64,000 nucleotides of DNA from an uncultured Thermus sp. (GTDB lineage: Bacteria > Deinococcota > Deinococci > Deinococcales > Thermaceae). The position numbers and the translations under genes are program-made. The stretch is taken from positions 1 through 64,000 of the forward strand of contig CAMTVD010000014.1 in the NCBI GenBank assembly GCA_947085095.1, written 5' to 3'. Below are positions 39,824 through 49,969 of this stretch, piece after piece (position 1 is the stretch's first letter; each line of letters starts with the position of its first letter). The notes beneath the pieces are model-generated. The model made no database searches. It was not told where the DNA came from and saw nothing but the letters and a program-made list of their open reading frames with translations.

Positions 39824-41944
39824 ATGCGGGCGCTGAAGGTGGCCCTTCCCCTGCCCCTTCCCCCCATGAGCTACCTGCCCCCCCTGGGGCAGGAGGGGGA
39901 GGCTCCCTTGGGCCTTCGGGTGGCCGTGCCCTGGCGGGGGGAGGTGCGGGTGGGGGTGGTGGTGGGAGAGGAGGAGGTGAGGCCGGGGCCCGGCCTGCGC
40001 CACGCCATCGCCTACCTGGACCAGAAGCCCTACCTGCGGGAGGAGGAGATCCGCTTTGCCGAGGAGGCCGCCCGCTACCTCTTCGCCCCCCTGGGCCAGG
40101 TCCTTTTGGACTTTCTCCCCCCTTTTCCCGAGCTTTCCCACCGGGTCCGCCTCTACCCCGGGGCCGACCCCAAGGTCCTGCCCCAGGGCCTCGAGGCCCT
40201 TTCCGAATGGCAGGAGGCCAAGGGCTACGACCCCAAGCTTTTGGACCTCTTGCGGGAGGCGGGGGTCCTGGAGGAGGCGGTGGCCTTCAAGGAGGGGAAG
40301 AGGGTCCTCCTCCCCCTCAAGGAGGCCCATCCCGATCCCGACCTGGACCGGGCCTTGCGGCTCCTTTGGGATATGGGCCACGCGGAGAGCCTTTCCGCCC
40401 TGGCCCGGGCCTCGGGGCTTGGGGTGCGGCGGGTGAAGCGCCTTCTGGAAGAGGGGTACGTGGGCTACGGCCACCCCCCGGAAGCCCGGGGAGAGGGGGG
40501 CGGGGTGGAGCCCCTCTTCCTCCCCGAAAGGCCCGAGCGGCTGAACGGGGGGCGGTTTTCCGAGAGGGTGCGCCTTCTCAAAGGGCTTGTGGCCCAGGGA
40601 GACCACCTGGTCCTCTTCCCCGAGGTGAGCCTCCTCCAGCGCTTCCTGGCCTTCTTCCCCGAAGCCCGGGCCTACCACGGGGGGCTTCCCCCAAGGGCGC
40701 GGGAGGCCCTTTTCCGCTTCCCCAGGGGCCTGGTCTTCGCCACCTATGGGGGGCTTCTTCTCCCCTTCACCCCGAGCTCCCTCGTGGTGGTGGAGGAGGG
40801 GAGCGAGAGCTACAAGCTGGCCTCGGGCACCCGGGCCTTCATCCCCCCCCTGGCCGAGCTCAGGGCCAGGCTCCTTGGCATCCCCCTCACCCACCTCTCC
40901 CTGGTGCCTTCGGTGGAGGTCCTGGAGCGGCCCGGCCTCACCTTCCCCGTGCCCAAGCCCAGGGTCATGGTCCTGGACCTGAGGCGGGAGAAGGGCTACC
41001 CCTTTGCGGGCCGGGCCCTGGCCCTTTTGCGGCAGGTGGAGGAAAAGGGCAGGCAGGCGGTGGTCCTGGCCGCCCGCAAGGGGTACAGCGCCCTCCTCCT
41101 ATGCGGCGACTGCGGCTACAAACCCACCTGCCCCAACTGCGCCCTTTCCTTGCGCTACTACCGGGAGGGGAGGGGCCGGCTCCTCTGCCACCAGTGCGGG
41201 CATGAGGAACCCCCACCCCTCCTCTGCCCGGAGTGCGGCTCCCCCCTTTTAGAGCCCAGGGGGCCGGGGCTGGAGTGGCTTTCCGAGGAGCTCAGGAGGC
41301 ACCTTTCCCTTCCCGTCCTCCGCTACGCCAAGGAGGGCAAGGACGACCTGAGTCCCCTTCTGGAGGGGAGGCCCGGGGTGGTGGTGGGCACCACGGCCAT
41401 CCTCAGGGGTCCGAGCCTCCCCGAGCTGGCCCTGGTCCTCCTGCCCTACGCCGACGGCTTCCTCTACGAGAGCGACTTCCGGGCGGCGGAGCGGTACCAC
41501 CGCCTCCTCTGGGCCCTCACGGAGCTCCGGCCCGGGCGAAGGCCCCTGCTCCTCCTCCAGACCTACACCCCCGACCACCCCGCCCACCAGGGGCTTCTGG
41601 AGGGGAGCGTGGAGGCCTTTCCCTGGGTGGAAAAGGCCCTGAGGGAGGCCTTAAACTACCCCCCCAAGGTGCGCATGGTGAAGCTGGAGGTGAGCCACCG
41701 CCGGGAGGAGCGGGCCCTCGAGGCCGCCTTCTTCCTGAGGGATGCCCTGAAGGGGGTGGCCCAGGAGGAGGAGGTCCTGGGGCCCGCCCCTGCCCCCGTG
41801 CCCCGGGTCAAGGGGGTCTTTGTCTACCACCTCCTCCTTCGGGGGAGCACGGGGCGCCTTTTGGAACTCCTCTCCCACCTGGACCGGCGGCGGGTTAAGC
41901 TGGACCCTGACCCCCACCGCTTCGTGGGGCTCCTGGAGGACTAG
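39824..41944 (+). CDS. priA: primosomal protein N' (PriA), helicase motifs degenerate
   Basis: RVAVPW 3'BD, RKGY..CGDCG..CPNC..CHQCG..CPECG Zn module, DFRAAER, QTYTPDH, YPP, GPAPAP. Confidence 0.9.
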   Translation: MRALKVALPLPLPPMSYLPPLGQEGEAPLGLRVAVPWRGEVRVGVVVGEEEVRPGPGLRHAIAYLDQKPYLREEEIRFAEEAARYLFAPLGQVLLDFLPPFPELSHRVRLYPGADPKVLPQGLEALSEWQEAKGYDPKLLDLLREAGVLEEAVAFKEGKRVLLPLKEAHPDPDLDRALRLLWDMGHAESLSALARASGLGVRRVKRLLEEGYVGYGHPPEARGEGGGVEPLFLPERPERLNGGRFSERVRLLKGLVAQGDHLVLFPEVSLLQRFLAFFPEARAYHGGLPPRAREALFRFPRGLVFATYGGLLLPFTPSSLVVVEEGSESYKLASGTRAFIPPLAELRARLLGIPLTHLSLVPSVEVLERPGLTFPVPKPRVMVLDLRREKGYPFAGRALALLRQVEEKGRQAVVLAARKGYSALLLCGDCGYKPTCPNCALSLRYYREGRGRLLCHQCGHEEPPPLLCPECGSPLLEPRGPGLEWLSEELRRHLSLPVLRYAKEGKDDLSPLLEGRPGVVVGTTAILRGPSLPELALVLLPYADGFLYESDFRAAERYHRLLWALTELRPGRRPLLLLQTYTPDHPAHQGLLEGSVEAFPWVEKALREALNYPPKVRMVKLEVSHRREERALEAAFFLRDALKGVAQEEEVLGPAPAPVPRVKGVFVYHLLLRGSTGRLLELLSHLDRRRVKLDPDPHRFVGLLED

Positions 41945-41946
41945 GC

Positions 41947-43029
41947 GTGCGGGACTACCCTTGGCGAGCCTGGATAGAGGTGGACCTGGATGCTCTTTGG
42001 GCCAACTACCTCCTCCTCAAGGCCAGGGCCCAGGGGGAGGTGATCCCTGTCCTCAAGGCGGACGCCTACGGCCACGGGGCCCTCCCCATCGCCCGCTTCC
42101 TGGAGGAAAAGGGGGTGGAGCGGTTCGCGGTGGCTACCCTCGCGGAGGGGAGGGCCCTCCGGGAAGGGGGAGTGAGGGGGGAGGTGCTCCTTTTGGGGAG
42201 CCTCCACCCCCTGGAGGCGGAGGAGGCCCTGAGGTGGGGCCTCACGCCCACCCTCTCCACCCTGGAGGCGGCGGAGGCCCTGGCCCAGAGGGCCCGCGCC
42301 CTGGGCCTCACCCCAAGGGCCCACCTCAAGGTGGACACGGGGATGAACCGGGTGGGCTTCCCGTGGGAGGAGGCCCTTTCCGCCCTGAGGGGCGTGGAGG
42401 CCCTGGGGGTGCGGGTGGAGGGGGTGTACAGCCACCTGGCCACGGCGGGGGAGGACGAGGCCTTCGTGGAGGTGCAACGGGGGCGGTTTCAGAGGGTGCG
42501 GGAGGCCCTGGGGCCAGGGTACTTCTACCACCTGGAAAACTCCTATGGCCTCCTCCTCCACGGGGGGGAAAACGCGCGGGTGGGCCTCGCCCTCTACGGC
42601 CTGGTGCCGGGGTTTGGCCTCAAGCCCATCCTCCGCCTCCTCGCTCGCCCCACCCTGGTGAAGCGCCTGAAGGCGGGGGACCGGGTAGGGTACGGGGGGG
42701 AGTACGTGGCCCAAGGGGGGGAGTGGCTCGCCACCCTGCCCGTGGGCTACGCCGATGGCCTTCCCCGGGGGGCGGTGCGTTTCGTGAGGGGGCCCCGTGG
42801 GGAGCTTTGCCCGGTGGCGGGGCGGATCTCCATGGACCAGACCACCGTGCTGCTAGGGGGGGCTGTGGGCCTCGAGGCGGTCTTTGAGGTCCTATCCCCC
42901 GGCTTCGGCCCCACGGGGCTCCTCGCCTGGGCCGAGGCCCGGGGCACCATCCCCTACGAGGTGGCCGTCCACCTCTCCCGCCGCCTGCCCCGGGTCTACC
43001 TCCTGGAGGGGGGGCGGTGGGGGGGCTAA
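41947..43029 (+). CDS. alr: alanine racemase
   Basis: VLKADAYGHG, HLKVDTGMNRVG, GYADG, GRISMDQ, TIPYE. Confidence 0.96.
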   Translation: MRDYPWRAWIEVDLDALWANYLLLKARAQGEVIPVLKADAYGHGALPIARFLEEKGVERFAVATLAEGRALREGGVRGEVLLLGSLHPLEAEEALRWGLTPTLSTLEAAEALAQRARALGLTPRAHLKVDTGMNRVGFPWEEALSALRGVEALGVRVEGVYSHLATAGEDEAFVEVQRGRFQRVREALGPGYFYHLENSYGLLLHGGENARVGLALYGLVPGFGLKPILRLLARPTLVKRLKAGDRVGYGGEYVAQGGEWLATLPVGYADGLPRGAVRFVRGPRGELCPVAGRISMDQTTVLLGGAVGLEAVFEVLSPGFGPTGLLAWAEARGTIPYEVAVHLSRRLPRVYLLEGGRWGG

Positions 43030-43038
43030 AGTGGGGGT

Positions 43039-43359
43039 GTGCAGGCCGTCCGCCTTTTCCAGGGGTATCTCTGGCATCCCAAGGAGGCTTTATTGGACCT
43101 GGCAAACCTCCTTCCCCAGGAGGTCCTAGGGGTGAGGCTCCTCCTGGACCCCGTCTCCCCGCCCACCCCCTTCTTTGAGGACGGCACCCCCACGGCCACC
43201 CAGGCCTTTTACCAGCTCACCCTCCTCCTCCTCACCGAAGAGCCCCCGGAGGCCCTAAAGCCTCTCGCCGCAAGCGTGGCGAAGGCCCTGGAGGCCCGTC
43301 TAAAGGCCCTCCCTCCCGGGGTGGGCTGGCTCCTTTTGGAGGACCTGAGGCCCCTCTAA
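43039..43359 (+). CDS. conserved hypothetical protein (DUF3208-like)
   Basis: AVRLFQGYLWHP..PFFEDGTPTATQ..EDLRPL, recognised as a Deinococcus-Thermus family. Confidence 0.6.
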   Translation: MQAVRLFQGYLWHPKEALLDLANLLPQEVLGVRLLLDPVSPPTPFFEDGTPTATQAFYQLTLLLLTEEPPEALKPLAASVAKALEARLKALPPGVGWLLLEDLRPL

Positions 43360-44054
43360 CGTTTCCGCAGGAGGAAGGCCAGGATGAGGGAAACACCCCC
43401 CAGGGCGAAGGCCAGGAGGCTTTCCCGCCTCAGGTGAGGCCCCTTGGGCCAGAGGGGCCTAAGCACCCCGGTCTCGTAGGCCCGCACCTGATTCAGGGGG
43501 TCCTCCGCCAGGAGGTCCACCAGGGGAGGGCTTCCCGGGGGGGCCATGAGGGTCCAGGGGCCTCCATCGGGGCTCGTGGGGCGCAGGTACCAGGGGGCGA
43601 AGGGGTCAAAGAGGCCCACTCCCCCATAGACCCCGTACCGCCCGGGAGGAAGACCGGTGTCCACGAGGACCCAGTCCCCCTCCCTGGAGGCCTGGACCGG
43701 GCTCCTGTTGCCGCTTGGCTCCCGCCTTTCCGCCCCGAAGCCTGTGAGGACGTAGGCCACCTCCCAACCCTGTCCCTTAGGGGTGGAAAGGCCGGGAACC
43801 AGGGCTTCCTCCCCGCCCTCCGCCGTGTCCAGGAAGAGGGCCACCGTGGCCAGGCTGAAGCCCAAGGGGCCATCTAGGGGGTTGGGGTAACGGGCCAGGC
43901 GCACCTTGAGGACCAAACGCCCTTCCCGGGCCTCCCCGGCCACGGCCAGGAGGTCGGCGAAGCCTTCCCCCGCTTCCTGGTACAGGGCGGCCCGGGGGTA
44001 CTGGTGGGCCAAGCCCTGGTCGTCCCCTAGGGGGTCTTGGAAGAGGAAGAGCAC
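43356..44054 (-). CDS. glucodextranase DOMON-like domain protein with C-terminal TM
   Basis: DPLGDDQG..YP..FADL, NPLDGPLGFSL..LFLD. Confidence 0.7.
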   Translation of the reverse strand: MLFLFQDPLGDDQGLAHQYPRAALYQEAGEGFADLLAVAGEAREGRLVLKVRLARYPNPLDGPLGFSLATVALFLDTAEGGEEALVPGLSTPKGQGWEVAYVLTGFGAERREPSGNRSPVQASREGDWVLVDTGLPPGRYGVYGGVGLFDPFAPWYLRPTSPDGGPWTLMAPPGSPPLVDLLAEDPLNQVRAYETGVLRPLWPKGPHLRRESLLAFALGGVSLILAFLLRKR

Positions 44055-44061
44055 CCCACGT

Positions 44062-45288
44062 TTATACCAGCTTGAGGAGGGCCTCCACCACCTTCTTGGG
44101 GTCGTGCTGGGCCAGGGGGCCCTCCTCCCGGAAGTCCCCCTGGACCACCCGCACCCCGTCCACGGCGAAGGGCCGGGGGTCAAAGGCCACGGGGAAGCGC
44201 CCCTCGGCCCGGTAGCGGGCTAGGACCTCCTCGGGGATGGGGGCGGTGTGCACCAGGACCACCTCGGGCCGGCGGCCCAGGTGGTAGGCGATGGCCTTGT
44301 AGTGCTCATAGGCGGTGTAGGCGTCCGTCTCCCCGGGCTCGGTCATGAGGTTCACCACGTAGACCAGGGGGGCCCTGGCCCTCCCGATGGCCTCCTTTAG
44401 GGCCTGAGGAAGGAAGCTGGGGATGACGCTGGTGTAGAGGCTTCCCGGCCCCAGGACCAGGAGGTCCGCCCCCTGGACGGCCTTGAGGGCTTCGGCCATC
44501 ACCTCCTTCGGCTCTGGGACCAGGTAGACCTCCCGGATCTGCCCTCCTTTTTTTCGGATGGCCTCCTCCCCCTCCACCTCCTCCCCGTCCTGGAAGCGGG
44601 CCTTGAGGCGCACGGCCTCGGGGGTGGAAGGGAGGACCTGGCCCCGGAGGTTCAGGATGGCGTTGGCCTGACGGATGGCCTCGGCGAAGTCCCCGGAAAC
44701 CTGATTCAGGGTCACCAGGAAGAGGTTGCCGAAGGTGTGCCCCTTAAGCTCCCCCCGGTCAAAGCGGTAGGCCAGGAGCTTGGGCAGGGCCGGGTGGTCG
44801 GAGAGGGCGGCCAGGCAGTCCACCAAATCCCCCACCGCCGGCAGGCCGAAGGTGAGCCGGAGGCGGCCGGTGGAGCCCCCGTCGTCGGTGACGGCCACAA
44901 TACCCGTGGCGTTGGCGGTGTGCTCCTTGAGTCCCCGAAGCATCCGGGAGAGGCCCGTCCCCCCGCCGAAGGCCACCACCCGGGGGCCCTGCTCCAGCCT
45001 CCGCTTCACGTAGACCCTCTCCGGCACCTCCTCGGGCTCCGTGAGGGCCGAGAGGACGCTTCGGTTCATGGCCCGGATGCCCCCCAAAAGGAGGAGGAGG
45101 CCCAAGAGGGCCAGGGCCGGGCCAAGGGGCCCCTGAGGCAAGGAGGGGAGAAAGGGGGCGAGGCCAAAGGCCAGGAGCAAAACCCCAAGCCCCGCCACCA
45201 GAGCGTAGCGCTTGACCCGCATCCCCGGGTAGAGCCAGCGCAGGGCGGGGAAGTGGCGGAAAAGCCCTTCAGGCTTCCTTCTCCACAT
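44062..45288 (-). CDS. yvcK: YvcK/GlmR (CofD-like) gluconeogenesis factor with N-terminal TM segments
   Basis: FGGGTGL, TDDGGSTGRLR, GHTFGNL, GPGSLYTS, NLMTEPGET. Confidence 0.92.
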   Translation of the reverse strand: MWRRKPEGLFRHFPALRWLYPGMRVKRYALVAGLGVLLLAFGLAPFLPSLPQGPLGPALALLGLLLLLGGIRAMNRSVLSALTEPEEVPERVYVKRRLEQGPRVVAFGGGTGLSRMLRGLKEHTANATGIVAVTDDGGSTGRLRLTFGLPAVGDLVDCLAALSDHPALPKLLAYRFDRGELKGHTFGNLFLVTLNQVSGDFAEAIRQANAILNLRGQVLPSTPEAVRLKARFQDGEEVEGEEAIRKKGGQIREVYLVPEPKEVMAEALKAVQGADLLVLGPGSLYTSVIPSFLPQALKEAIGRARAPLVYVVNLMTEPGETDAYTAYEHYKAIAYHLGRRPEVVLVHTAPIPEEVLARYRAEGRFPVAFDPRPFAVDGVRVVQGDFREEGPLAQHDPKKVVEALLKLV

Positions 45289-46090
45289 CCCGGTGGCTCA
45301 CCTCCACCCGGAAGCGGCCCGCTAGGTCCTCGGCCAGCCTCTCCGCCACGGCCACGCTCCGGTGCCGCCCCCCCGTGCACCCCACGGCCACGGTGTAGAA
45401 GGCCCGCCCCTCCTTCCTGGCCCCCTCCGCGGAAAGCCCCGCCACCGCCAGGAGGGTCCGGTAGAAGGGCTCCTCCTCCTCCCGGAAGACGTAGGCCCTG
45501 ACTTCGGGATCCAGGCCCGTTTTGGGCTTGAGGAGGGGGTCGTAGTGGGGGTTGGGGAGGGGGCGCACGTCCAGCACCAGATCCGCCTCCTGGGGCGGCC
45601 CCCACTTGAAGCCGAAGGAGAGGAGGCGCAGGGTAAAGCCCTTTTCCTCCCCCAGAAAGCGGGCCAGGGCCTCCTTAAGGGCCCTTGGGGAAAGGTCCGA
45701 GGTGTCCAGGACCAGGTGGGCCTTTTCTCTGAGGACGGAGAGGACCTGCCGCTCTTGGCTGATCTCCCGCATGAGGTTCCCCGCTCCCAAAGGGTGGAGG
45801 CGGCGGGTGAGGTTGTAGCGCCTAAGGAGGACCTCGGGGCGGGCCTCGAGGTAGACCACGGTGGGTTTGAGCACCGCCAGGGCCTCTTCCAGGTCGGCGA
45901 AGAAGGCCAGGGACCGGGCGTCCAGCACCACCCCCGCCCGCTCCACTCCCTTCTTCCCAAGTTCCTCCAGGAGGGGCCCCCAGAGGCCTGGAGGCAGGTT
46001 GTCCACCATGAAGTAGCCCAGGTCCTCCAAGAACCCCTTGGCCGTGGTCTTGCCCGCCCCGGAAAGGCCGCTCAGGACCAGGAAGCGCAT
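45269..46090 (-). CDS. rapZ: RNase adapter RapZ/YvcJ
   Basis: GLSGAGKT, VDNLP, SFGFKWG, DVRPLPNP, GCTGGRHRSV. Confidence 0.95.
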   Translation of the reverse strand: MRFLVLSGLSGAGKTTAKGFLEDLGYFMVDNLPPGLWGPLLEELGKKGVERAGVVLDARSLAFFADLEEALAVLKPTVVYLEARPEVLLRRYNLTRRLHPLGAGNLMREISQERQVLSVLREKAHLVLDTSDLSPRALKEALARFLGEEKGFTLRLLSFGFKWGPPQEADLVLDVRPLPNPHYDPLLKPKTGLDPEVRAYVFREEEEPFYRTLLAVAGLSAEGARKEGRAFYTVAVGCTGGRHRSVAVAERLAEDLAGRFRVEVSHRDVEKEA

Positions 46091-46098
46091 CCTCCTGA

Positions 46099-46875
46099 CT
46101 ATACCCGCCTCCTGAGCCAGAGGTTGAAGAGGGCCAGGAGGAAGAGCCCGGGAAGCCCCACCACCCCCACGAGGAGGTCGTGCGGGCGCTCCACCAGAAC
46201 CAGGGAAAGCCCGGCCACCCCGTTCAGGGTGCCGTGGAGGAGGGCGGCGGGCCAGACCGAACCTCCCCTTTCCCGCACGTAGAGGAGGACCGGGGTCAGG
46301 AGGAGGGTGAAGAGGATCATCATGGGCACGCCCAGGAGGCGCTCGTCCGGGTAGTTATGGCCGAAAAGGAGGATCATGGGGGCGTGCCAGAGCCCCCAAT
46401 GGAAGCCGATCTCCAGGGTGGCCGGCCAGAAGCCCCGTTCCCTAAACTTTTCCCAAAGGTACCCCCGCCACATGAGCTCCTCGCCCAGGGCCGCCAGGAG
46501 GTTCACCGTGGCCCCGGCGACGAGCCCCTGGAGGAGGACGAGAACGAGGAGCAGGGGTTCGGGGAGGGGCGGTGGGCCCTCGGGAAAGGTCCAGGCCAGG
46601 CCCCTGTAGACCCCGAAGGGGAGGCTTAGGAGGACGGAGAGGAGGGTGAGGGGAACGGGGAAGAGCCAGGCGAAAAGCCAGTAGCGGTTGGGCCGGAAAC
46701 CCAGGGAAAGCCTTATTCCCTCTCTCCGGGCGAAGGAGAGGGCCACCAGGCCCGGCACCCACATGTAGAGAACCCCCAGGGCCAGGATGGCTGGGGATTC
46801 CGGCCTAACCCCCAAGGCGTAGGCCAGGAGGGCCAAGGCCCAAGAAAGCCCATAGGTCCAGTAAAGTGCCTTCAT
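46099..46875 (-). CDS. CPBP (CAAX/Abi) intramembrane metalloprotease
   Basis: GEELMWRGYL, WGLWH, HGTLN motifs intact. Confidence 0.9.
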   Translation of the reverse strand: MKALYWTYGLSWALALLAYALGVRPESPAILALGVLYMWVPGLVALSFARREGIRLSLGFRPNRYWLFAWLFPVPLTLLSVLLSLPFGVYRGLAWTFPEGPPPLPEPLLLVLVLLQGLVAGATVNLLAALGEELMWRGYLWEKFRERGFWPATLEIGFHWGLWHAPMILLFGHNYPDERLLGVPMMILFTLLLTPVLLYVRERGGSVWPAALLHGTLNGVAGLSLVLVERPHDLLVGVVGLPGLFLLALFNLWLRRRV

Positions 46876-46918
46876 ACCGCCTCCTTCCAGGAGAGGAGGA
46901 GCCTCGGGTCCTCGGGAT

Positions 46919-47116
46919 TCAGGAGGATTCCCGTCCCTCCTCGGTGCTAGCCTCATCCTTCCATCTCCCCGCCTTTTTAACCGCTTCTTTCAGCAAATAT
47001 TCTATCTGGGCGTTCACGCTCCTTAGCTCGTCCTGGGCCCACTTCTCCAGGACCCGGTAGAGCCTAGGGTCCAGCCTGAGGAGAAAGGCCTTTTTCCCCT
47101 CTCGCTTGCCCTTCAC
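46919..47116 (-). CDS. Arc-like ribbon-helix-helix DNA-binding protein
   Basis: [30 protein letters not shown]. Confidence 0.85.
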   Translation of the reverse strand: MKGKREGKKAFLLRLDPRLYRVLEKWAQDELRSVNAQIEYLLKEAVKKAGRWKDEASTEEGRESS

Positions 47117-47126
47117 TTCCCCCCTT

Positions 47127-47984
47127 TCAGGCGTAAAGGGTGCCCACGTTCACCACGGGCTGGGCCTGGGTTTCCGAGACCAGGGCCACCATGAGGTTGT
47201 TGATCATGGCCGCCTTCCGCTCCTCGTCTAGAGCGAGCCCAGCCGCCTCGAGGCCCTGAAGAGCCTCCTCCACCATCCCCACCGCCGCCTCCACGATGAG
47301 CCTGCGGGCGGCCACCACCGCCAGGGCCTGCTGGCGGCGGAGCATGGCCTGGGCCACCTCGGGAGCGTAGGCCAGATGGGTGAGGCGGGCCTCGAGGACC
47401 TCCACCCCCGCCACCTTCAGCCTCTCCTGCACCTCGGCCTTCAGCTCCTCGGCGATCTCCTCGGGGTTGCCCCGAAGGGACTTGCCCTCGGCGTCGTAAG
47501 GGTAGCGGCTGGCCAGGGCTCTCAGGGCGGTTTCCGACTGGATGGCGACGAAGGTCTTGTAGTCCTCCACGTCAAAGAGAGCCTTGGCCGTGTCCACCAC
47601 CCGCCAGACCACCACGGCGGCGATCTCTATGGGGTTGCCCAGGGCCTCGTTCACCTTGAGGCGGTCGGAGTTGAAGTTGTGGACCTTGAGGGAGATGCGC
47701 TTTTTCACCGCCAGGGGGTTGGCGAAGTGGAAGCCCGGCTCCCCCACCGTGCCCGCATACCGCCCCAGGAAGACCAGGACCCGGGCCTCGTTGGGTTGCA
47801 CCGTGAAGAGGCCCGCTCCTAAGAGACCCGTGGCCAGCAAGGCCGGGATGAGGTGCCAAAGGTAGGTGGGCTCCCGGGTCAGATGGTACCCCGCCCAGAC
47901 CAGCCAGGCCAGGGCCAAGAGGAGCAGGGCGAAGCCCAAAAAGCCGCTCACGCGCCATGCGGGAAACTCCTTGATCTCACGCAT
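47127..47984 (-). CDS. SPFH/band-7 domain membrane protein
   Basis: [40 protein letters not shown]. Confidence 0.92.
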   Translation of the reverse strand: MREIKEFPAWRVSGFLGFALLLLALAWLVWAGYHLTREPTYLWHLIPALLATGLLGAGLFTVQPNEARVLVFLGRYAGTVGEPGFHFANPLAVKKRISLKVHNFNSDRLKVNEALGNPIEIAAVVVWRVVDTAKALFDVEDYKTFVAIQSETALRALASRYPYDAEGKSLRGNPEEIAEELKAEVQERLKVAGVEVLEARLTHLAYAPEVAQAMLRRQQALAVVAARRLIVEAAVGMVEEALQGLEAAGLALDEERKAAMINNLMVALVSETQAQPVVNVGTLYA

Positions 47985-47994
47985 ACGGCCTCCT

Positions 47995-49173
47995 TCAGTT
48001 TCGGAAGACCACGTCCTCCCGGGCGAAGACCCGCACCGCCAGGAGGAGAGCCAAAGCCCCGTAGACCAGGGTGGACCCCCAGGTGAGGACCACCTGGAGA
48101 CCCTCTGCCTGCCCCTTCAAGAGGGCGTCCATCAGGAGGGCGGTGTTGAAGAGGGGGATCAGGTGGTGCCAGACCGCCAGCTCAAAGAAGCCCCGGAACT
48201 GGAGGAAAAGCAAAGGGAAGAGGGCGAGGAGCAGGAGGGGGGCCATGTAGCTTTGCGCCTCCTTGAAGCTCCGGGCGTAAAGCCCCAGGGCCACCATGAC
48301 CGCTCCCATGAAGAGGGCCAGGAGAAAGGCGGTGAGGAAGAGGGCCAGGAAGCTTCCCCCGTCCATCTGGATCTGCCCTCCTAAGGAGAGGACCTCACCC
48401 CCTCTGGAAGGGATGTCTCCGCCCAGGCGGGCGCTCAAGGCCCCTCCCAGGGCCAAGCCCACTAGCCCCGCCACCCCGGAGAGGAGGGCCATGGCCACCG
48501 TGGCCAGGGTCTTGCCCAAGGCCAGGTGGAAAAGGGGGATGGGGCTGGAGAGGAGGGCCTCGAGGGTCCCCTTCTCCTTCTCCCCGGCGGTGGCATCCAC
48601 CGCCACCACCTGTCCCCCGGAGAGGATGAAGCTCACCAGGAAGAAGGGGAGGAGGAAGCCCAGTAGCCCCCCCGCCTTTTCCCTAGGGGGCGAGGCGTCC
48701 ACCGTCTCCACCTGGAAAGGATGGAGGAGGTCCAGGGGCACCCCCTTCGCGGCCAGGGCCTCGGCCACCTTCCTCTCCTTGAGGCCCTGGAGGGCGGCCT
48801 GCACTTTGCCCACCGCCACCTGGCTTTCCGAAAGCCCTCCCGTCAGGCGGCCGAAGACCCGGTAGCGGCCCTCCTCGTAGACCACGCCCGCGGGGTACTC
48901 CCCTTCCCGCACCGCCCTTTCCGGGTCTGCCACAGGCTTTGGCGCCAGGTTGGCCTCCAAGAGGGCCTCTAGGGCCTCCTGGGGAAGCCCGGCCACCGCC
49001 ACCTCCTGGACCTTGGCCGAGGTCCCTTCCAAGAGGCGGGAGAGGAAGAGGTGGGGGCCGAACATGAAGACCGGCATGAGGAGGACGGGAAGGACCAGGG
49101 TGGAGAAGACCAGCTTCCGATCCCGGAAAACCTGGACCAACTCCTTCCACGCGATACGCCAGACGGGTTTCAT
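47995..49173 (-). CDS. ABC permease (NatB-like)
   Basis: [37 protein letters not shown]. Confidence 0.88.
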   Translation of the reverse strand: MKPVWRIAWKELVQVFRDRKLVFSTLVLPVLLMPVFMFGPHLFLSRLLEGTSAKVQEVAVAGLPQEALEALLEANLAPKPVADPERAVREGEYPAGVVYEEGRYRVFGRLTGGLSESQVAVGKVQAALQGLKERKVAEALAAKGVPLDLLHPFQVETVDASPPREKAGGLLGFLLPFFLVSFILSGGQVVAVDATAGEKEKGTLEALLSSPIPLFHLALGKTLATVAMALLSGVAGLVGLALGGALSARLGGDIPSRGGEVLSLGGQIQMDGGSFLALFLTAFLLALFMGAVMVALGLYARSFKEAQSYMAPLLLLALFPLLFLQFRGFFELAVWHHLIPLFNTALLMDALLKGQAEGLQVVLTWGSTLVYGALALLLAVRVFAREDVVFRN

Positions 49174-49889
49174 GCCGCTCCCCTCACCTTTCGGATAAAG
49201 GCTCTCTCCAGGCTTCCTTCCCCCATGGCCAAAGCTTCCTCCTTGCTTCCCTCGTAGATGAGGCGCCCCTGGTGCAAAAAGCCCACCCGGTCGGCCAACT
49301 CCTCGGCTTCAGACATGACGTGGGTGGAGTAGAGGATGGCGTTCCCCAGGTCCCTGTAGCCCTTGACGAAGTCCAGGAGGGCCCGCCTTGCGAAGACGTC
49401 CAGGCCCGCGGTGGCCTCGTCCAGGAAGAGGACGGGGGGGCGGTGGAGGATGGCCCGGGCGATGACCACCTTCTGCCGCATGCCCGTGGACATCTCCATG
49501 ACCCTCTTGTCCAGGGTTTCCTCCATGGAAAGAAGGGCTACCACCCAGTCCAGGGCCTCCCGGAAGGCCTGCCCCTCGAGGCCGTAGAAGGAAGCGAAGA
49601 AGGCCAGGACCTCCCGCCCCGTGAGGCGCTCGTAGACCCGCATCCCCCCGTTCACCAGGCCCAGACGGCGGCGGGCCTCTAAGGGCTCCTTCAGCACGTC
49701 AAACCCCGCCACCTCCGCCCGTCCCGCCGTGGGCCGCACCAGGGTGGAAAGCATCCTGAGGGTGGTGGTCTTGCCCGCCCCGTTGGGGCCCAAAAGGGCG
49801 TAGACCTCTCCCGCCCCCACCAGCAAGGAGAGTCCCTCCACGGCGACTTGTGGACCGTAGCGCTTGCTCAGTCCCTCGGTTAGGACCAC
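49170..49889 (-). CDS. ABC ATP-binding protein (NatA-like)
   Basis: GPNGAGKTT, MSTGMRQK, LDEATAGLD, STHVMSE; GTG start. Confidence 0.92.
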   Translation of the reverse strand: MVLTEGLSKRYGPQVAVEGLSLLVGAGEVYALLGPNGAGKTTTLRMLSTLVRPTAGRAEVAGFDVLKEPLEARRRLGLVNGGMRVYERLTGREVLAFFASFYGLEGQAFREALDWVVALLSMEETLDKRVMEMSTGMRQKVVIARAILHRPPVLFLDEATAGLDVFARRALLDFVKGYRDLGNAILYSTHVMSEAEELADRVGFLHQGRLIYEGSKEEALAMGEGSLERAFIRKVRGAA

Positions 49890-49895
49890 GGGGAT

Positions 49896-49923
49896 ATTAT
49901 AGCAGAGTGATATCACTATGCAA
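49896..49923 (-). promoter_or_regulatory. promoter with palindromic operator in the spacer
   Basis: TTGCAT-16 nt-TATAAT, 6 nt before GTG; perfect palindrome AGTGATATCACT at 49906-49917. Confidence 0.7.
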
Positions 49924-49969
49924 GAGCCCCTTCCTTTCCCGGGGAGGGGATAATGGAGGTGTGAAGGCC

